64,000 bases of DNA. Origin: a virus. This document shows, piece by piece, positions 18,628 to 27,561 of the stretch. The stretch lies in IMG/VR virus record IMGVR_UViG_3300033802_000475. One strand, 5' to 3'. Numbering within the stretch: the stretch's first letter is position 1; the number at the start of each line of letters is the position of its first letter. The translations under genes and the position numbers were made by a program. The notes below the pieces were generated by a model. That model was given only the letters and a program-made list of their open reading frames with translations, made no database searches and was not told where the DNA came from.

Positions 18628-19836
18628 ATGAGTTCGACGGCGCCGACGATCACCGCCCGGTGCGACCGGTGCGGGCTCGAGCGGGCGACGAAGCCGACGG
18701 CCGCGGGAGCGCCCCGTCTGCCGGGCGGCTGGAAGCGCATGGGCGAGCGCGTCCATTGTGACCGCTGCTGGCGCGCGTCGTACGTACTCCGCGCGATCAC
18801 CCTGCCGATCGCGGCGCCGCTCGAGGGGGACTGGAAGGAGCTGCGTGCGGCGCTTCACGCCTGCTGGTCGAACGCCACGCAGCTCGCGAACTGGGCCATC
18901 ACCGAGCTGGTGAAGGCCGACGTCACACGGACGCCGGACTTGGAGAAGCTCCCGCCGATGCCGCGGGTCTATCTCTACCCTGGCGCCCGGGCGATCCTGC
19001 CCGGCATGGACACGAGCTCGATCGTCTCGCTGCTCCAGGCCGTGGAGCAGCGGTACCGGAAGGCACGCTTCGACGTGATCTGGCGACGTGCGGCCTCTCC
19101 GCCGAGCTTCCGCTACCCCATGCCCTACCCGGTCCACAATCAGCGCTGGAGCATCCGCGAGGAGGAGGGACGGGGGCTGATTCTCTCGGTGCCGCTTGCC
19201 GGTCGGCGGTGGGACCTGGTGCTCAAGACCGGCGGCCGTGGGCGCCAGCGCGCGGCTGTGCGGAAGCTGATCGCCGGCGAGGCGGCGGCGGGCGAGCTCG
19301 CGATCTACGAGCGCGGCTCTAATGTCATGGCCAAGATGGTGCTGTGGCTCCCGCGCGAGGATCGCAGGCGTGATCGCTCGGGTACGCTCTACGTCCGCAC
19401 GGTGGAGGACGCGGTCTGGGAGTACCGCATCGAGGACGGCGAGCCGCACTACCTGTATGCCGACCACGTGCGGCAATGGCTCGCCGCCTACAGGCGGCGC
19501 TCGGAGCGGGCCGCGCGCGACCTCAAGCACGAGAAGCGCTGGCCCGCCAAGGTTCGCCGCCGCCAGCTCGAGGACCTGGAACCGATGCGCCGGAAGCATC
19601 GGGCACGGATGGACACCTGGACCCACGAGGCGACGGCGATGCTGGCCGGCTTCGCGGATCGCTCGCGGATTGCGTGCGTGGTATACGACGACCAGGTTAC
19701 GAGCTACGCAGATCTCCCGTGGCACCAGCTCCGGGAGCGGCTGGAGTACAAGCTGGACGGGCTCGGGATCGAATTCGTCCATGCGAAGGGCGAGGCGGTC
19801 GCGGAATCCGCCACGCCGCTCGAAACCGCTGATTGA
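18628..19836 (+). CDS. Nuclease-dead TnpB/Cas12-like protein with N-terminal Zn finger
   Basis: WED-like AITLPIAAP, REC helix (LRAALHACWSNATQLANW), bridge/RuvC helix RKHRARMDTWTHEATAMLAGFA, RuvC-II-like VVYDD, LEYKLDGLGIEFV; RuvC-I GxDxG replaced by TLYVRTVED; ends before RuvC-III; CDRC..CDRC at the N-terminus. Confidence 0.75.
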   Translation: MSSTAPTITARCDRCGLERATKPTAAGAPRLPGGWKRMGERVHCDRCWRASYVLRAITLPIAAPLEGDWKELRAALHACWSNATQLANWAITELVKADVTRTPDLEKLPPMPRVYLYPGARAILPGMDTSSIVSLLQAVEQRYRKARFDVIWRRAASPPSFRYPMPYPVHNQRWSIREEEGRGLILSVPLAGRRWDLVLKTGGRGRQRAAVRKLIAGEAAAGELAIYERGSNVMAKMVLWLPREDRRRDRSGTLYVRTVEDAVWEYRIEDGEPHYLYADHVRQWLAAYRRRSERAARDLKHEKRWPAKVRRRQLEDLEPMRRKHRARMDTWTHEATAMLAGFADRSRIACVVYDDQVTSYADLPWHQLRERLEYKLDGLGIEFVHAKGEAVAESATPLETAD

Positions 19837-19952
19837 CAATCTGTTGCGCCACCGCCAGGCGCAGTGTGAGTCGCCACCGGCGCAGAGCCGCCGGGCGGCG
19901 CTCGCAGGAAGGCCGATAACAGTCTGGGATATGCGGCGTTACGCCGCCGGCC

Positions 19953-20247
19953 CCGGAAGCCGACTCTCGGCGAGTCAATGGGTTGCGGCAGCGACGTCAT
20001 GGGCGCACTCGAGGCGCTTGCCACCCCCGGAAGCCGACTCTCGGCGAGTGTGTGGCTGCGGCCCGCTGACCTCGCGATCGACGCTGCCGGAGGCTGACTC
20101 CCGGCGAGCAAACGGCTGCGGCTTCCACTTGATCTCCCCTTACGGGCGCACATGCTCGCTGCGAGCCGATTCTCGGCGAGACAGCGGTTGCGGCCGCCGA
20201 TCGATCTCACGATCCGGATGTCGTGACTCGGCGAGGGGGTTGGTCAC
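19953..20247 (+). CRISPR. Degenerate mini CRISPR-like array (4 full repeats plus 1 degenerate)
   Basis: Repeats at 19953-19989, 20027-20062, 20087-20122, 20159-20194 and ~20214 (degenerate); consensus CCGGAAGCCGACTCTCGGCGAG-N5/6-GG(T/C)TGCGGC; spacers 37, 24, 36 and 19 nt; strand inferred from the upstream gene. Confidence 0.75.
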
Positions 20248-20947
20248 GTCCCAGTCCCTGTCGCGATCGAGACGCCGAACGATAGTTCATCGCGCCACCA
20301 CCGGGCGCAGAGCGAGACGACGGCCTTCGCGGCGTCGGTGCCGTCGCTCGCGAGAAGGCCGAGAACAGCCGACGATACGGGGCGTAATGCCTCCGGCCGT
20401 CGGGGCGTACTGTCGGTTGGACGGACGTCGTGGCGGTCCAGTGGAATCCCACACGCCGAGGCGCAACGCCTTTGGGGGGGGGGCGTTGGGACGAACTGGT
20501 GAGCGTTGTGGCCTTGGCAGAGACATATCCATGCATACCCTCAAAGAGTACGCGGTCATCGCGGGTACGCCGAGACGCGGAAGGGTGCTGCGTTTCGTCC
20601 ACGCGTCGGGCGTGGATAGGCCCGATATAGATCGGCGCTACGGCCGAGGCCGTGACCACGGGCACGGGCCACAATGGATCGTCGAGACTGGACGACGCGA
20701 TGTGCGGCTCGGCGACGAGGTCGAGGCAGGCGAGGATGGTGTGATACACACCATCATAGCGAGAGCGACAGCCATGATCGTCCGCGGCACTGGACAACAG
20801 AGGCGCGAAGAGGGCGGATCGGGCGTGGGCGACCGCGGAGGCGAGGGCGCGCGGCGCGCTGCTGACCCGCGAGGGGGTCGAGGGGGCGGGCGCACAAGAG
20901 GCGCTCGCCGCCGAGCTCGACACAAAGCAGGAGCCGGTAAGCAAAGC

Positions 20948-21529
20948 ATGAAGAAGCGTGGCCCCAAACCGGATCCGCAGATCGCGGAACGGAACCGGTG
21001 TATCGCCACCCGCATTCAGCGAGGTGAACATCCTCGTGACGTCGCTCGCGACTTTGGTCTCAACGAGCGATACGTCTCTCGCATCTGCAAGGAGGTCACC
21101 GGATCGAGACCGAAGGAGCTTCGGGGTCTGCTGTGGCCTAGGGATCGGGTTATTAAGGCGCTCCGTGAGTGGACGGAACGGAACGGACGTCCGCCACTCT
21201 ACGTCGAGGCGAACGTGGCCGTGGATCTTCCGGCTGCAGAGACCATTATGCGCGCCCTCGGGCTGCGGTCATGGCTTCAGGTGTACGATTTCCTCGGATT
21301 TCCGGCGCCGGGGCGCAGGGGGCGAGGGATCTCCACAGACATCTCTCGAGGGGCACCGACCCCCGACGAAGTACGCATGGCGCGGACACGTTTGGGCACG
21401 TCCCCCAGCGACCTTGCGGCCATGCTCGGAGTCGAAGAGGGGGAATTGGAGGCGTGGGAAAGTGGTCGTGATCGCCCGGCGCCGTACTTGCGCCTGGCGC
21501 TCGCATACCTGTCTCTGCGTCGTCAATGA
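20948..21529 (+). CDS. Multi-HTH DNA-binding protein
   Basis: N-terminal HTH (HPRDVARDFGLNERYVSRI), middle WPRDRVIKALREWTERNGRPP (homing-endonuclease-associated-repeat-like), C-terminal Xre HTH (SPSDLAAMLGVEEGELEAWESGRDRP). Confidence 0.7.
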   Translation: MKKRGPKPDPQIAERNRCIATRIQRGEHPRDVARDFGLNERYVSRICKEVTGSRPKELRGLLWPRDRVIKALREWTERNGRPPLYVEANVAVDLPAAETIMRALGLRSWLQVYDFLGFPAPGRRGRGISTDISRGAPTPDEVRMARTRLGTSPSDLAAMLGVEEGELEAWESGRDRPAPYLRLALAYLSLRRQ

Positions 21530-21640
21530 CCTGAAGGAATCAGATCCACCCGACCCCTTCCTTAACTCCTTCGCCCCGTACAACGCATCCGGTGATCAGG
21601 GGACATTACTACCCGTGCGGTGTTGCGCGGGCGACCAGGC

Positions 21641-22699
21641 TCAGGCCGCCGCCTCGGTCCGCTCTCGGTTTACCGCGCGGTCGCATCGGTCCCGGGCCAC
21701 CCGGGCCCACTGAGGGCTCAGCTCAACCAGCAGCACATCCCTCCCGTGGCGGATCGCCGCCTCCCCGGTCGTCCCTGAGCCCGCGAAGAAGTCCGCCACC
21801 AGCTCCCCTGGCCGGCTGCTCGCCGTCACGATGTGCTGCATGAGCGCGAGCGGCTTCTCGCAGGGGTGTTTGCCGCGCCGGTACATCACCGGGTCGAACG
21901 TCCAGACGTCGGTGTAGGGGACGTCGGCCGTGACCCCGAAGGCGCGGCGCAGATTCGCCAAGGTCTCCCGCCGGCGCGCGTACTCCGCCTCCAGACGCCT
22001 GTACTCGGCCTCGAGCTCGTCGTACGGCCGGCTGAACACGCCGTCGGCGACGCGGCCGGCGAACGCCTCCCGGAGGGCTTCGTACGCGGCCCGGGGAATG
22101 AACGTCCACTGCGAGCGGCCGAAGTAGTGCCCAGCCATCCGCGTCCCGAGAATCCGGTTGCACTCGTCGAGCCCGACGCTGGCCCGAATACGCTCCCCGT
22201 CCAGGTAGCTACGAATCGGCTCGAAGACCTCGGCCCGGAGCAGCCGATCGGCGGCTCCGAAGGCCCGATCCGCCCCGAACTGCTCGGCGAAGATGATCCG
22301 CTCGGTCTGCGGGAAATAGGACCGCAGCGATTCCTTCCGGGCTTGGCGGTGGTGGCCGTGCCTCTTCACCCAAACGATGTCGTTCAGGATGCAGAAGCGC
22401 TCGGCGACCACGTTGCCGACCTCGCGGGCCATGCGAGGGCCGGCGAAGACGTAGAGGCTCCCGTTCGGCTTAAGCACGCGCTGCCACTGCTCGAGGAGCC
22501 GGTCGAGCCAGGCGAGGAATGCCCGGGGGCTGTCCCACTGCCGGTCCCAGGGTTCGTCCTTGACCCGGAAGTACGGGGGATCCGTCGCGATCAGGTCGAC
22601 GCTAGCGGCCGGCAGACTCTGGGAAACCTCAAGCGCGTCCGCCTGGATGACCTGGGCGCGGCCAGGCCGAAGGGTCTTCGGCGAATCTTCGGTGTCCAT
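21641..22699 (-). CDS. N6-adenine/N4-cytosine DNA methyltransferase (beta class)
   Basis: IATDPPY (motif IV) before HPCEKP and DFFAGSGTT (motif I). Confidence 0.92.
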   Translation of the reverse strand: MDTEDSPKTLRPGRAQVIQADALEVSQSLPAASVDLIATDPPYFRVKDEPWDRQWDSPRAFLAWLDRLLEQWQRVLKPNGSLYVFAGPRMAREVGNVVAERFCILNDIVWVKRHGHHRQARKESLRSYFPQTERIIFAEQFGADRAFGAADRLLRAEVFEPIRSYLDGERIRASVGLDECNRILGTRMAGHYFGRSQWTFIPRAAYEALREAFAGRVADGVFSRPYDELEAEYRRLEAEYARRRETLANLRRAFGVTADVPYTDVWTFDPVMYRRGKHPCEKPLALMQHIVTASSRPGELVADFFAGSGTTGEAAIRHGRDVLLVELSPQWARVARDRCDRAVNRERTEAAA

Positions 22700-22879
22700 G
22701 GCGGACAGCATAGCGTCCTGCGCCCGGTCTGTCCATGACCAGCTGGCCGTTGGAGGGCGCTGCGCTGAAGGTCGTCTCCTCCCGCTATTCCCTCGCCCCG
22801 CGCGCCCCAACACAATGCCCACGGACCCCGACCAGGAGGCACCGTGGGCTACGTCATGCTGGATTTCGAATCATCCTGG

Positions 22880-23647
22880 CTATCGTACCGCGATCCAAAA
22901 TCCGACCGCGCACCCTGCCGCCAGCGGCACCGGCGAGTTGAGCTCGAGGCTGAGCCACCCGCCGGCGGCGCAGCTGGCGAGGGAGGCGGCCGGGCGGACC
23001 CACCAGAGGGCGGTCCCCTGGACGATCGCTGAGTCGCCGTCGAGCCGGAACGTCACCGGCGGTCGGACGCGGTAGCTCTCCCGCACCAGGTCGCCGTCCG
23101 AGCGCACGAGCCAGAGATCCGTCTCGCGGGTGCCGATCCGTCCGGAGCGCGCGAGGGCGATCGGCGACGGCCGCGGTTGCAGCGCGGGCGGGAGGCCGGA
23201 GTGCGGCTGTGCGAGGGCCGCGGAATCCCCGGGGAGACCGGCGGCGTCGGGCATCGCCGCGGCGGTGGGGAGCTCCGGAGTCGGGGAAGGGAGGGGGTCC
23301 CCGGGAGGGACACCTCCCGCCGTCCCGGGTGGGCGAGGCCCGGGTGCGCTGCGATCGAGGGAGGTGGCGAGCCGGTAGCCGGCGGCCTGGCAAAAGGCGG
23401 CGACGTCGCCGGCCGCGGCGTTCGCCGCGGTGGCGCGGGTCTCCGGTTCGACACGAGGGCGGACCATCGACTCGAGGAGCCCGACGTCGGGATCCGGCTC
23501 ATCCTCGACGATCGCCGCGGAGTCGACTTGGACGTCCCGATAGCGGGGCGCGCCCCCGTTGGGGTCCAGCCAGCCGAGAAGGTAGAGGAGACCTGCGACA
23601 AGGACGGCGCCGAGGGCGCCGGAGAGTATTCCGCGCGGAATGTTCAT
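22880..23647 (-). CDS. Membrane protein, possible spanin
   Basis: N-terminal TM (ILSGALGAVLVAGLLYLLGWL), Pro-rich linker, hydrophobic C-terminus; near the end of the late operon. Confidence 0.45.
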   Translation of the reverse strand: MNIPRGILSGALGAVLVAGLLYLLGWLDPNGGAPRYRDVQVDSAAIVEDEPDPDVGLLESMVRPRVEPETRATAANAAAGDVAAFCQAAGYRLATSLDRSAPGPRPPGTAGGVPPGDPLPSPTPELPTAAAMPDAAGLPGDSAALAQPHSGLPPALQPRPSPIALARSGRIGTRETDLWLVRSDGDLVRESYRVRPPVTFRLDGDSAIVQGTALWWVRPAASLASCAAGGWLSLELNSPVPLAAGCAVGFWIAVR

Positions 23648-24021
23648 TGGACACTCCCGGTGTCGAGGACCTCGAGTTCGAACGTATCGACCAGGTACGC
23701 CCCGGTGTCGGTCCGAACGCGGCACCACACGACGTAGACCCCGGCCGTTTGCTCTCCCGCGCCTCGCCGCTTCTTTGTCCATAGGACTCGAGTCCCATTG
23801 ACCTCGGGATTTCCGGCGAGGAACTGCTTCGTCACATCGGACCAGGGCCCGCCCGGCACGAACCGCCGGCGCTCCCAGTCGTACGTCCGCGTCGCGCCTC
23901 GCGACACCCGCACCTCCGGAGTCCCCTGAAGCGTCGCGTCGCCAAGGTCGGCGAGGGCGCCGGCGAAGTCGCTTCCGAGGACGATCTCGGCGTCTGCGTG
24001 GACGGTGATCACCTGATGCAT
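23644..24021 (-). CDS. Hypothetical virion-associated protein
   Basis: MHQVITVHAD start; beta-rich. Confidence 0.6.
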   Translation of the reverse strand: MHQVITVHADAEIVLGSDFAGALADLGDATLQGTPEVRVSRGATRTYDWERRRFVPGGPWSDVTKQFLAGNPEVNGTRVLWTKKRRGAGEQTAGVYVVWCRVRTDTGAYLVDTFELEVLDTGSVQ

Positions 24022-24023
24022 GG

Positions 24024-25349
24024 CTAGTTCGCCGTGTGGATGCGCGAGCTCGAGCTCGCGCGGTGGAACCGGGTGCCGGCGGCCGCCCCGTGGATCCGCA
24101 CCGGCGCGGCCGCGCGATGGATGTGTTCGGGGCGAGCGACCAGCGCGCCGCCGAGCAGGACGCTGTCCGCCAGGTGGCGGTGCCCCGAATCCGCCACCGC
24201 CAGCGCGTGCGCCTGCGTGAGGCTGAGGGCGCCTGCGAAGTGCGCGTGCAGCGCCTCCTCGACGACGAGGAGCCCCGGCCATGCGAGCTCGGGGGCTTCG
24301 GCCGCGTGGGCGTGGAGTGCGTCAGCCACGGCGAGCCGGTTCGCCTGCGCGAGCGTGAGATCCTCCGCCGCGTGCGCGTGCCGCGCCCGGTCGACCGCGA
24401 GTACGCCGGCGGTCGCCAGCGTGGGCGCGTCGGCGCCGTGGCCATGGAGCGCGTGCACCGGATCGAGGACGTGCGCCTGGGTCAGCGCCGGCGACCCGGC
24501 GGCGTGCCCGTGGCTCGCGCCTGCGGCGGTCAGGATTGCGGACTGCGCGAGTGCGGGCTCCTCGGCCGCCTGCCCGTGGGCGGCTGAGGCGACCCCAAGG
24601 ACGTGTGCCTGGGCGAGCGCCGGGGACTCGGCCGCGTGCGCATGGGCGGCCTCGGCGGGCGCGAGTTCGACAGGTTCGTCGCCGCCCTGCGGGGGCTGAT
24701 AGCTCGCGGCAACGATCGAGCAGAGGCGTGCCACGGCGTCCTGCTGAATCCACCCCACGGTGACGTTGGCCGCGCCGGGAGCGGCGCCGATCTGCTGCAG
24801 ATCGCTCGATGCCTCTGTGGCGAGGACCGTTTGGTTGGAGCTCGCGATATGGGAACCGAGGCTGCCGTTCGCGACGAACGTGGAGAGGATCAGGTCCCCA
24901 TCCGCGCTGGGGACCGCGACCTCAATCACCGGATCGCCGCTCGTCGTGGTCTTCTGCAGCGCCTGGGGCGACCCCGGCCGAACGGGCGCGACTTGGTCCA
25001 CGTCGGCCAGGATCGTCACCCCGATCTCGAGCTCGCCGTCGTCGAGCAGCTGCACGTCGGCGAAGTACGTCGTGCTCGGATCCAGGCCCCGGAAGATCCA
25101 TTGCTCGACCCAGTGCGGCGCATCGCCTCCGGGGTGAGAGCTGACGACCCGAGCCGCATCCGTCCCCGAGCCGAAGGCCCCCCCGGTGCGGATCCGGACC
25201 CACGCCACGCCCGCACTCGCTACGTCGGCGCAGTAGACGTGCACGACGAGGCACCCATTGACCAGCCCCGCCGGGGTCGTGGCCGAATGGGTGCCCTGCG
25301 TCGCTGTGCCGATTCGCAGGATCGACGGGGTGCCGACGACCTGGGGCAC
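24024..25349 (-). CDS. Putative tail fibre/virion protein with 22-aa HxH repeats
   Basis: Beta-rich N-domain followed by about 7.5 repeats of 22 aa (xHAHAAExPxLAQAxxLxVxxA). Confidence 0.65.
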   Translation of the reverse strand: MPQVVGTPSILRIGTATQGTHSATTPAGLVNGCLVVHVYCADVASAGVAWVRIRTGGAFGSGTDAARVVSSHPGGDAPHWVEQWIFRGLDPSTTYFADVQLLDDGELEIGVTILADVDQVAPVRPGSPQALQKTTTSGDPVIEVAVPSADGDLILSTFVANGSLGSHIASSNQTVLATEASSDLQQIGAAPGAANVTVGWIQQDAVARLCSIVAASYQPPQGGDEPVELAPAEAAHAHAAESPALAQAHVLGVASAAHGQAAEEPALAQSAILTAAGASHGHAAGSPALTQAHVLDPVHALHGHGADAPTLATAGVLAVDRARHAHAAEDLTLAQANRLAVADALHAHAAEAPELAWPGLLVVEEALHAHFAGALSLTQAHALAVADSGHRHLADSVLLGGALVARPEHIHRAAAPVRIHGAAAGTRFHRASSSSRIHTAN

Positions 25350-25357
25350 GAACTACC

Positions 25358-26341
25358 TCACCCCCACCCCGGATCCGAGATCCAGATCCGGAAGTCGTCG
25401 ACGTAGAAATCGGTGTCCTCGAGGAACCGGCCGTTGTCGTACCCGAGGAGGTAGCCGGAGCAGAGCACATTCTCGTGCCCGGCCGGCGCCTCATTCGCGT
25501 CGTTCGGCACGTCGACGATCAGCCGGTCGTCGAGCCACAGGCGCTCGAGCCCGTTCGCCTTCCCGGGGTCGGAGAGCCGGACGTGAGCTCGGGCCCGGAG
25601 CCAGCGGCCGCGGTGCGAGGCGTCGATCGCCGGGCCGCCGTTGCCGGGGACGCGGGGGTAGTGCTCCAGCGGCCGGTTCGGCTCCGTGCGGCAAACGTTG
25701 AGCGTCGAGCCGCCGTTCCCGTCCGCCCAGGTCTGAAACGTCACCGCCGGCGGCTGGCTGTAGCCGGACGGCCCCCACAACGCGAGGAACTTGTTGTTGT
25801 AGCTGCTGTTCCCGCGGTTGTGGTAGTAGTTCTCTGGGATCCGGACGTAGAACTCGATCCAAACCTCCCGCGCGGCCGGGAACAAGAATCGCTGCTCGCC
25901 CCACATATGCGTGTCGCCGTTCGGCTCATAGGGACCGTAGCGGAACCGGAGCGAGCGACGGCCGCTCCGCGCGTACTCCGTCGCGACCTCGACGTACCGG
26001 GGCCCGACCCAGCGGAAGCCGTTCGCGCCGTGGTTGCTCAGCTTGCCGCCCACGGGGTAGCCCTCGAAGTCATCGACGAAGAGCGGCGTGACGACCGAGG
26101 GCGGCTCGGGCTGCGGTTCCGGCTCGGGTTCCGGCTCGGGCTTCGGCGTCGGCGCGGGGGTGTCCGCCTCGACCCGCACGACGTAGTCGTGGGTGTAGCG
26201 GACCGCGGCGCCGGGGTGTTCGGCCAGGGCGCGGAGTGACGATTCGACAGCCTCGCGCTCGGTCGTGTGCCGGGAGACCTCGGCCCCATCCACGAAGACG
26301 CGGTAGTAGCCGGATCCCTCGGCGGTCAGCTTGGGCGTCAT
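25358..26341 (-). CDS. Putative carbohydrate-binding or polysaccharide-lyase-like (beta-sandwich) protein
   Basis: PEPEPE linker; FVDDFEG...SLRFRY...EVWIEFYVRIP...NNKF...ERLWLDDRL...YVDDFRI pattern of LamG/lyase-like folds. Confidence 0.55.
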   Translation of the reverse strand: MTPKLTAEGSGYYRVFVDGAEVSRHTTEREAVESSLRALAEHPGAAVRYTHDYVVRVEADTPAPTPKPEPEPEPEPQPEPPSVVTPLFVDDFEGYPVGGKLSNHGANGFRWVGPRYVEVATEYARSGRRSLRFRYGPYEPNGDTHMWGEQRFLFPAAREVWIEFYVRIPENYYHNRGNSSYNNKFLALWGPSGYSQPPAVTFQTWADGNGGSTLNVCRTEPNRPLEHYPRVPGNGGPAIDASHRGRWLRARAHVRLSDPGKANGLERLWLDDRLIVDVPNDANEAPAGHENVLCSGYLLGYDNGRFLEDTDFYVDDFRIWISDPGWG

Positions 26342-26354
26342 GGGGTTCGTCTCC

Positions 26355-26735
26355 TCACTGGGGGTCCGAGATCTCCACGCTCCACGCCGGCACGGTCACC
26401 GTGCCGCCCTGGGTCAGGGACTGCGGCGTGCAGGTCGTCACGTAGAGCAGCCGGGAGTTGATCGTGTCGGCGAGCACGACGTGGTCGGCCTCTCCCGTCG
26501 CCGTGATCGGGATGTCGGCCTGCTGCGCGATCGTGATCTTCCGGCCCGAGACGTCGCCGTTGCCGATCACGAAGTCCCCGTTCCCGGCGCCGGGGGTCAG
26601 CTCCACGTCCGCCAGCGCCACCGCGGCGATCGCGGCGAAGTTCGCGGGCTCGTCGCTGCAGACGTAGAGGCGATTCGCCTCCGCGATCCGCTCGAGCGTG
26701 CCGTCCAGGGTGTAGTCCGGTGCGGCCTTCGGCAT
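26355..26735 (-). CDS. Conserved phage tail-associated protein
   Basis: 126-aa beta-rich ORF; GGAG RBS. Confidence 0.65.
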   Translation of the reverse strand: MPKAAPDYTLDGTLERIAEANRLYVCSDEPANFAAIAAVALADVELTPGAGNGDFVIGNGDVSGRKITIAQQADIPITATGEADHVVLADTINSRLLYVTTCTPQSLTQGGTVTVPAWSVEISDPQ

Positions 26736-26736
26736 C

Positions 26737-26982
26737 TCAGTCCCCCTTCCGGTTCATGTTCTTCGCCGCGTGCGCCGCCGTCTTCGGCCGCACGACCGCC
26801 CCGCGCACCACGCGCTCGCCGGTCGGCACCTCGCCGGCGAGATCGCGGGCCCATCCGCGCGCGCACCACGCGGAGCCGCAGGCATCCGAGACCGTCACCC
26901 GATCGCCGGCCTCGAGGTCGTAGTGGCGTCCGGTCACGGGGTCTCGAGACCGGAGTCGCGTCTCCAGGATCTCCACCTTCAT
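26737..26982 (-). CDS. Small hypothetical protein
   Basis: 81-aa ORF in the late operon. Confidence 0.6.
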   Translation of the reverse strand: MKVEILETRLRSRDPVTGRHYDLEAGDRVTVSDACGSAWCARGWARDLAGEVPTGERVVRGAVVRPKTAAHAAKNMNRKGD

Positions 26983-27002
26983 CGGTCTCTCCGGGGCAGG
27001 GG

Positions 27003-27560
27003 TCAGGGTTGTGGTGCCTTCTCGAGCTCGGCCGCGATCGCGGCGGCGAGCCAGTCCCGCGCCTCAGGGTCGAGAAGCCGCGTCCGATCGGTCAGGTTCG
27101 TCAGGAACCCGAGCTCGATCAGGATCGCGGGCATCCGCGTCGCGCGGAGGACGTAGAGCCGCCGGTTGCCGCACGCCGGCGACTCGTCGGGGAACACCCC
27201 GGAGGATCGTTCCGGGGGCACGACCGTCGCGATCCGGTCGAACACCCTCCGCGCGAGCGCCTCGCCGCGCGCCGACCCGCGGCAGTGAAAGATCTGCACG
27301 CCCTCAGCGGCCGGGCTCGCGCTCGCGTTGCAATGCAGCGAGACGAAGACGGAGGCCCCGGCCTCGTTCGCGGCCCGAGTCCGCGCGGCGAGGTCGATTG
27401 TGCGGTGCGTCGTCCGGGTGTAGAGCACGGCGAGGCCGGCTCGCTCGAGCTGCGTGCCGACAGCGAGGGCGTAGTCGAGGGCGATGTCGGCCTCCCGCAC
27501 GCCGCCGGCGACGGCGCCGGGGTCCGTCCCGCCGTGGCCCGGATCGATGCAGACGAGCAC
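27003..27560 (-). CDS. Endolysin, N-acetylmuramoyl-L-alanine amidase (Amidase_3)
   Basis: IDPGHGG, READI, VSLHCNA, AILIELGF zinc/catalytic motifs. Confidence 0.95.
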   Translation of the reverse strand: MLVCIDPGHGGTDPGAVAGGVREADIALDYALAVGTQLERAGLAVLYTRTTHRTIDLAARTRAANEAGASVFVSLHCNASASPAAEGVQIFHCRGSARGEALARRVFDRIATVVPPERSSGVFPDESPACGNRRLYVLRATRMPAILIELGFLTNLTDRTRLLDPEARDWLAAAIAAELEKAPQP

Positions 27561-27561
27561 G

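Noticed and set aside
18628-19836. Active IS200/IS605 or IS607 transposon
   Set aside because: No tnpA or serine recombinase, RuvC catalytic residues are lost, and no IS end hairpin pair was recognised
19953-20247. Array as a TIGR, REP or protein-coding repeat
   Set aside because: Periods are irregular (74, 60, 72, 55 nt), no box C/D motifs or Nop-domain gene were seen, and no codon-phased repeat is present; a CRISPR-like reading fits better
19322-21529. 735-aa plus-strand ORF spanning the array
   Set aside because: It overlaps the TnpB-like gene in another frame and reads through the repeats with low-complexity Arg/Ser sequence; only the part from ATG 20948 looks like a real protein
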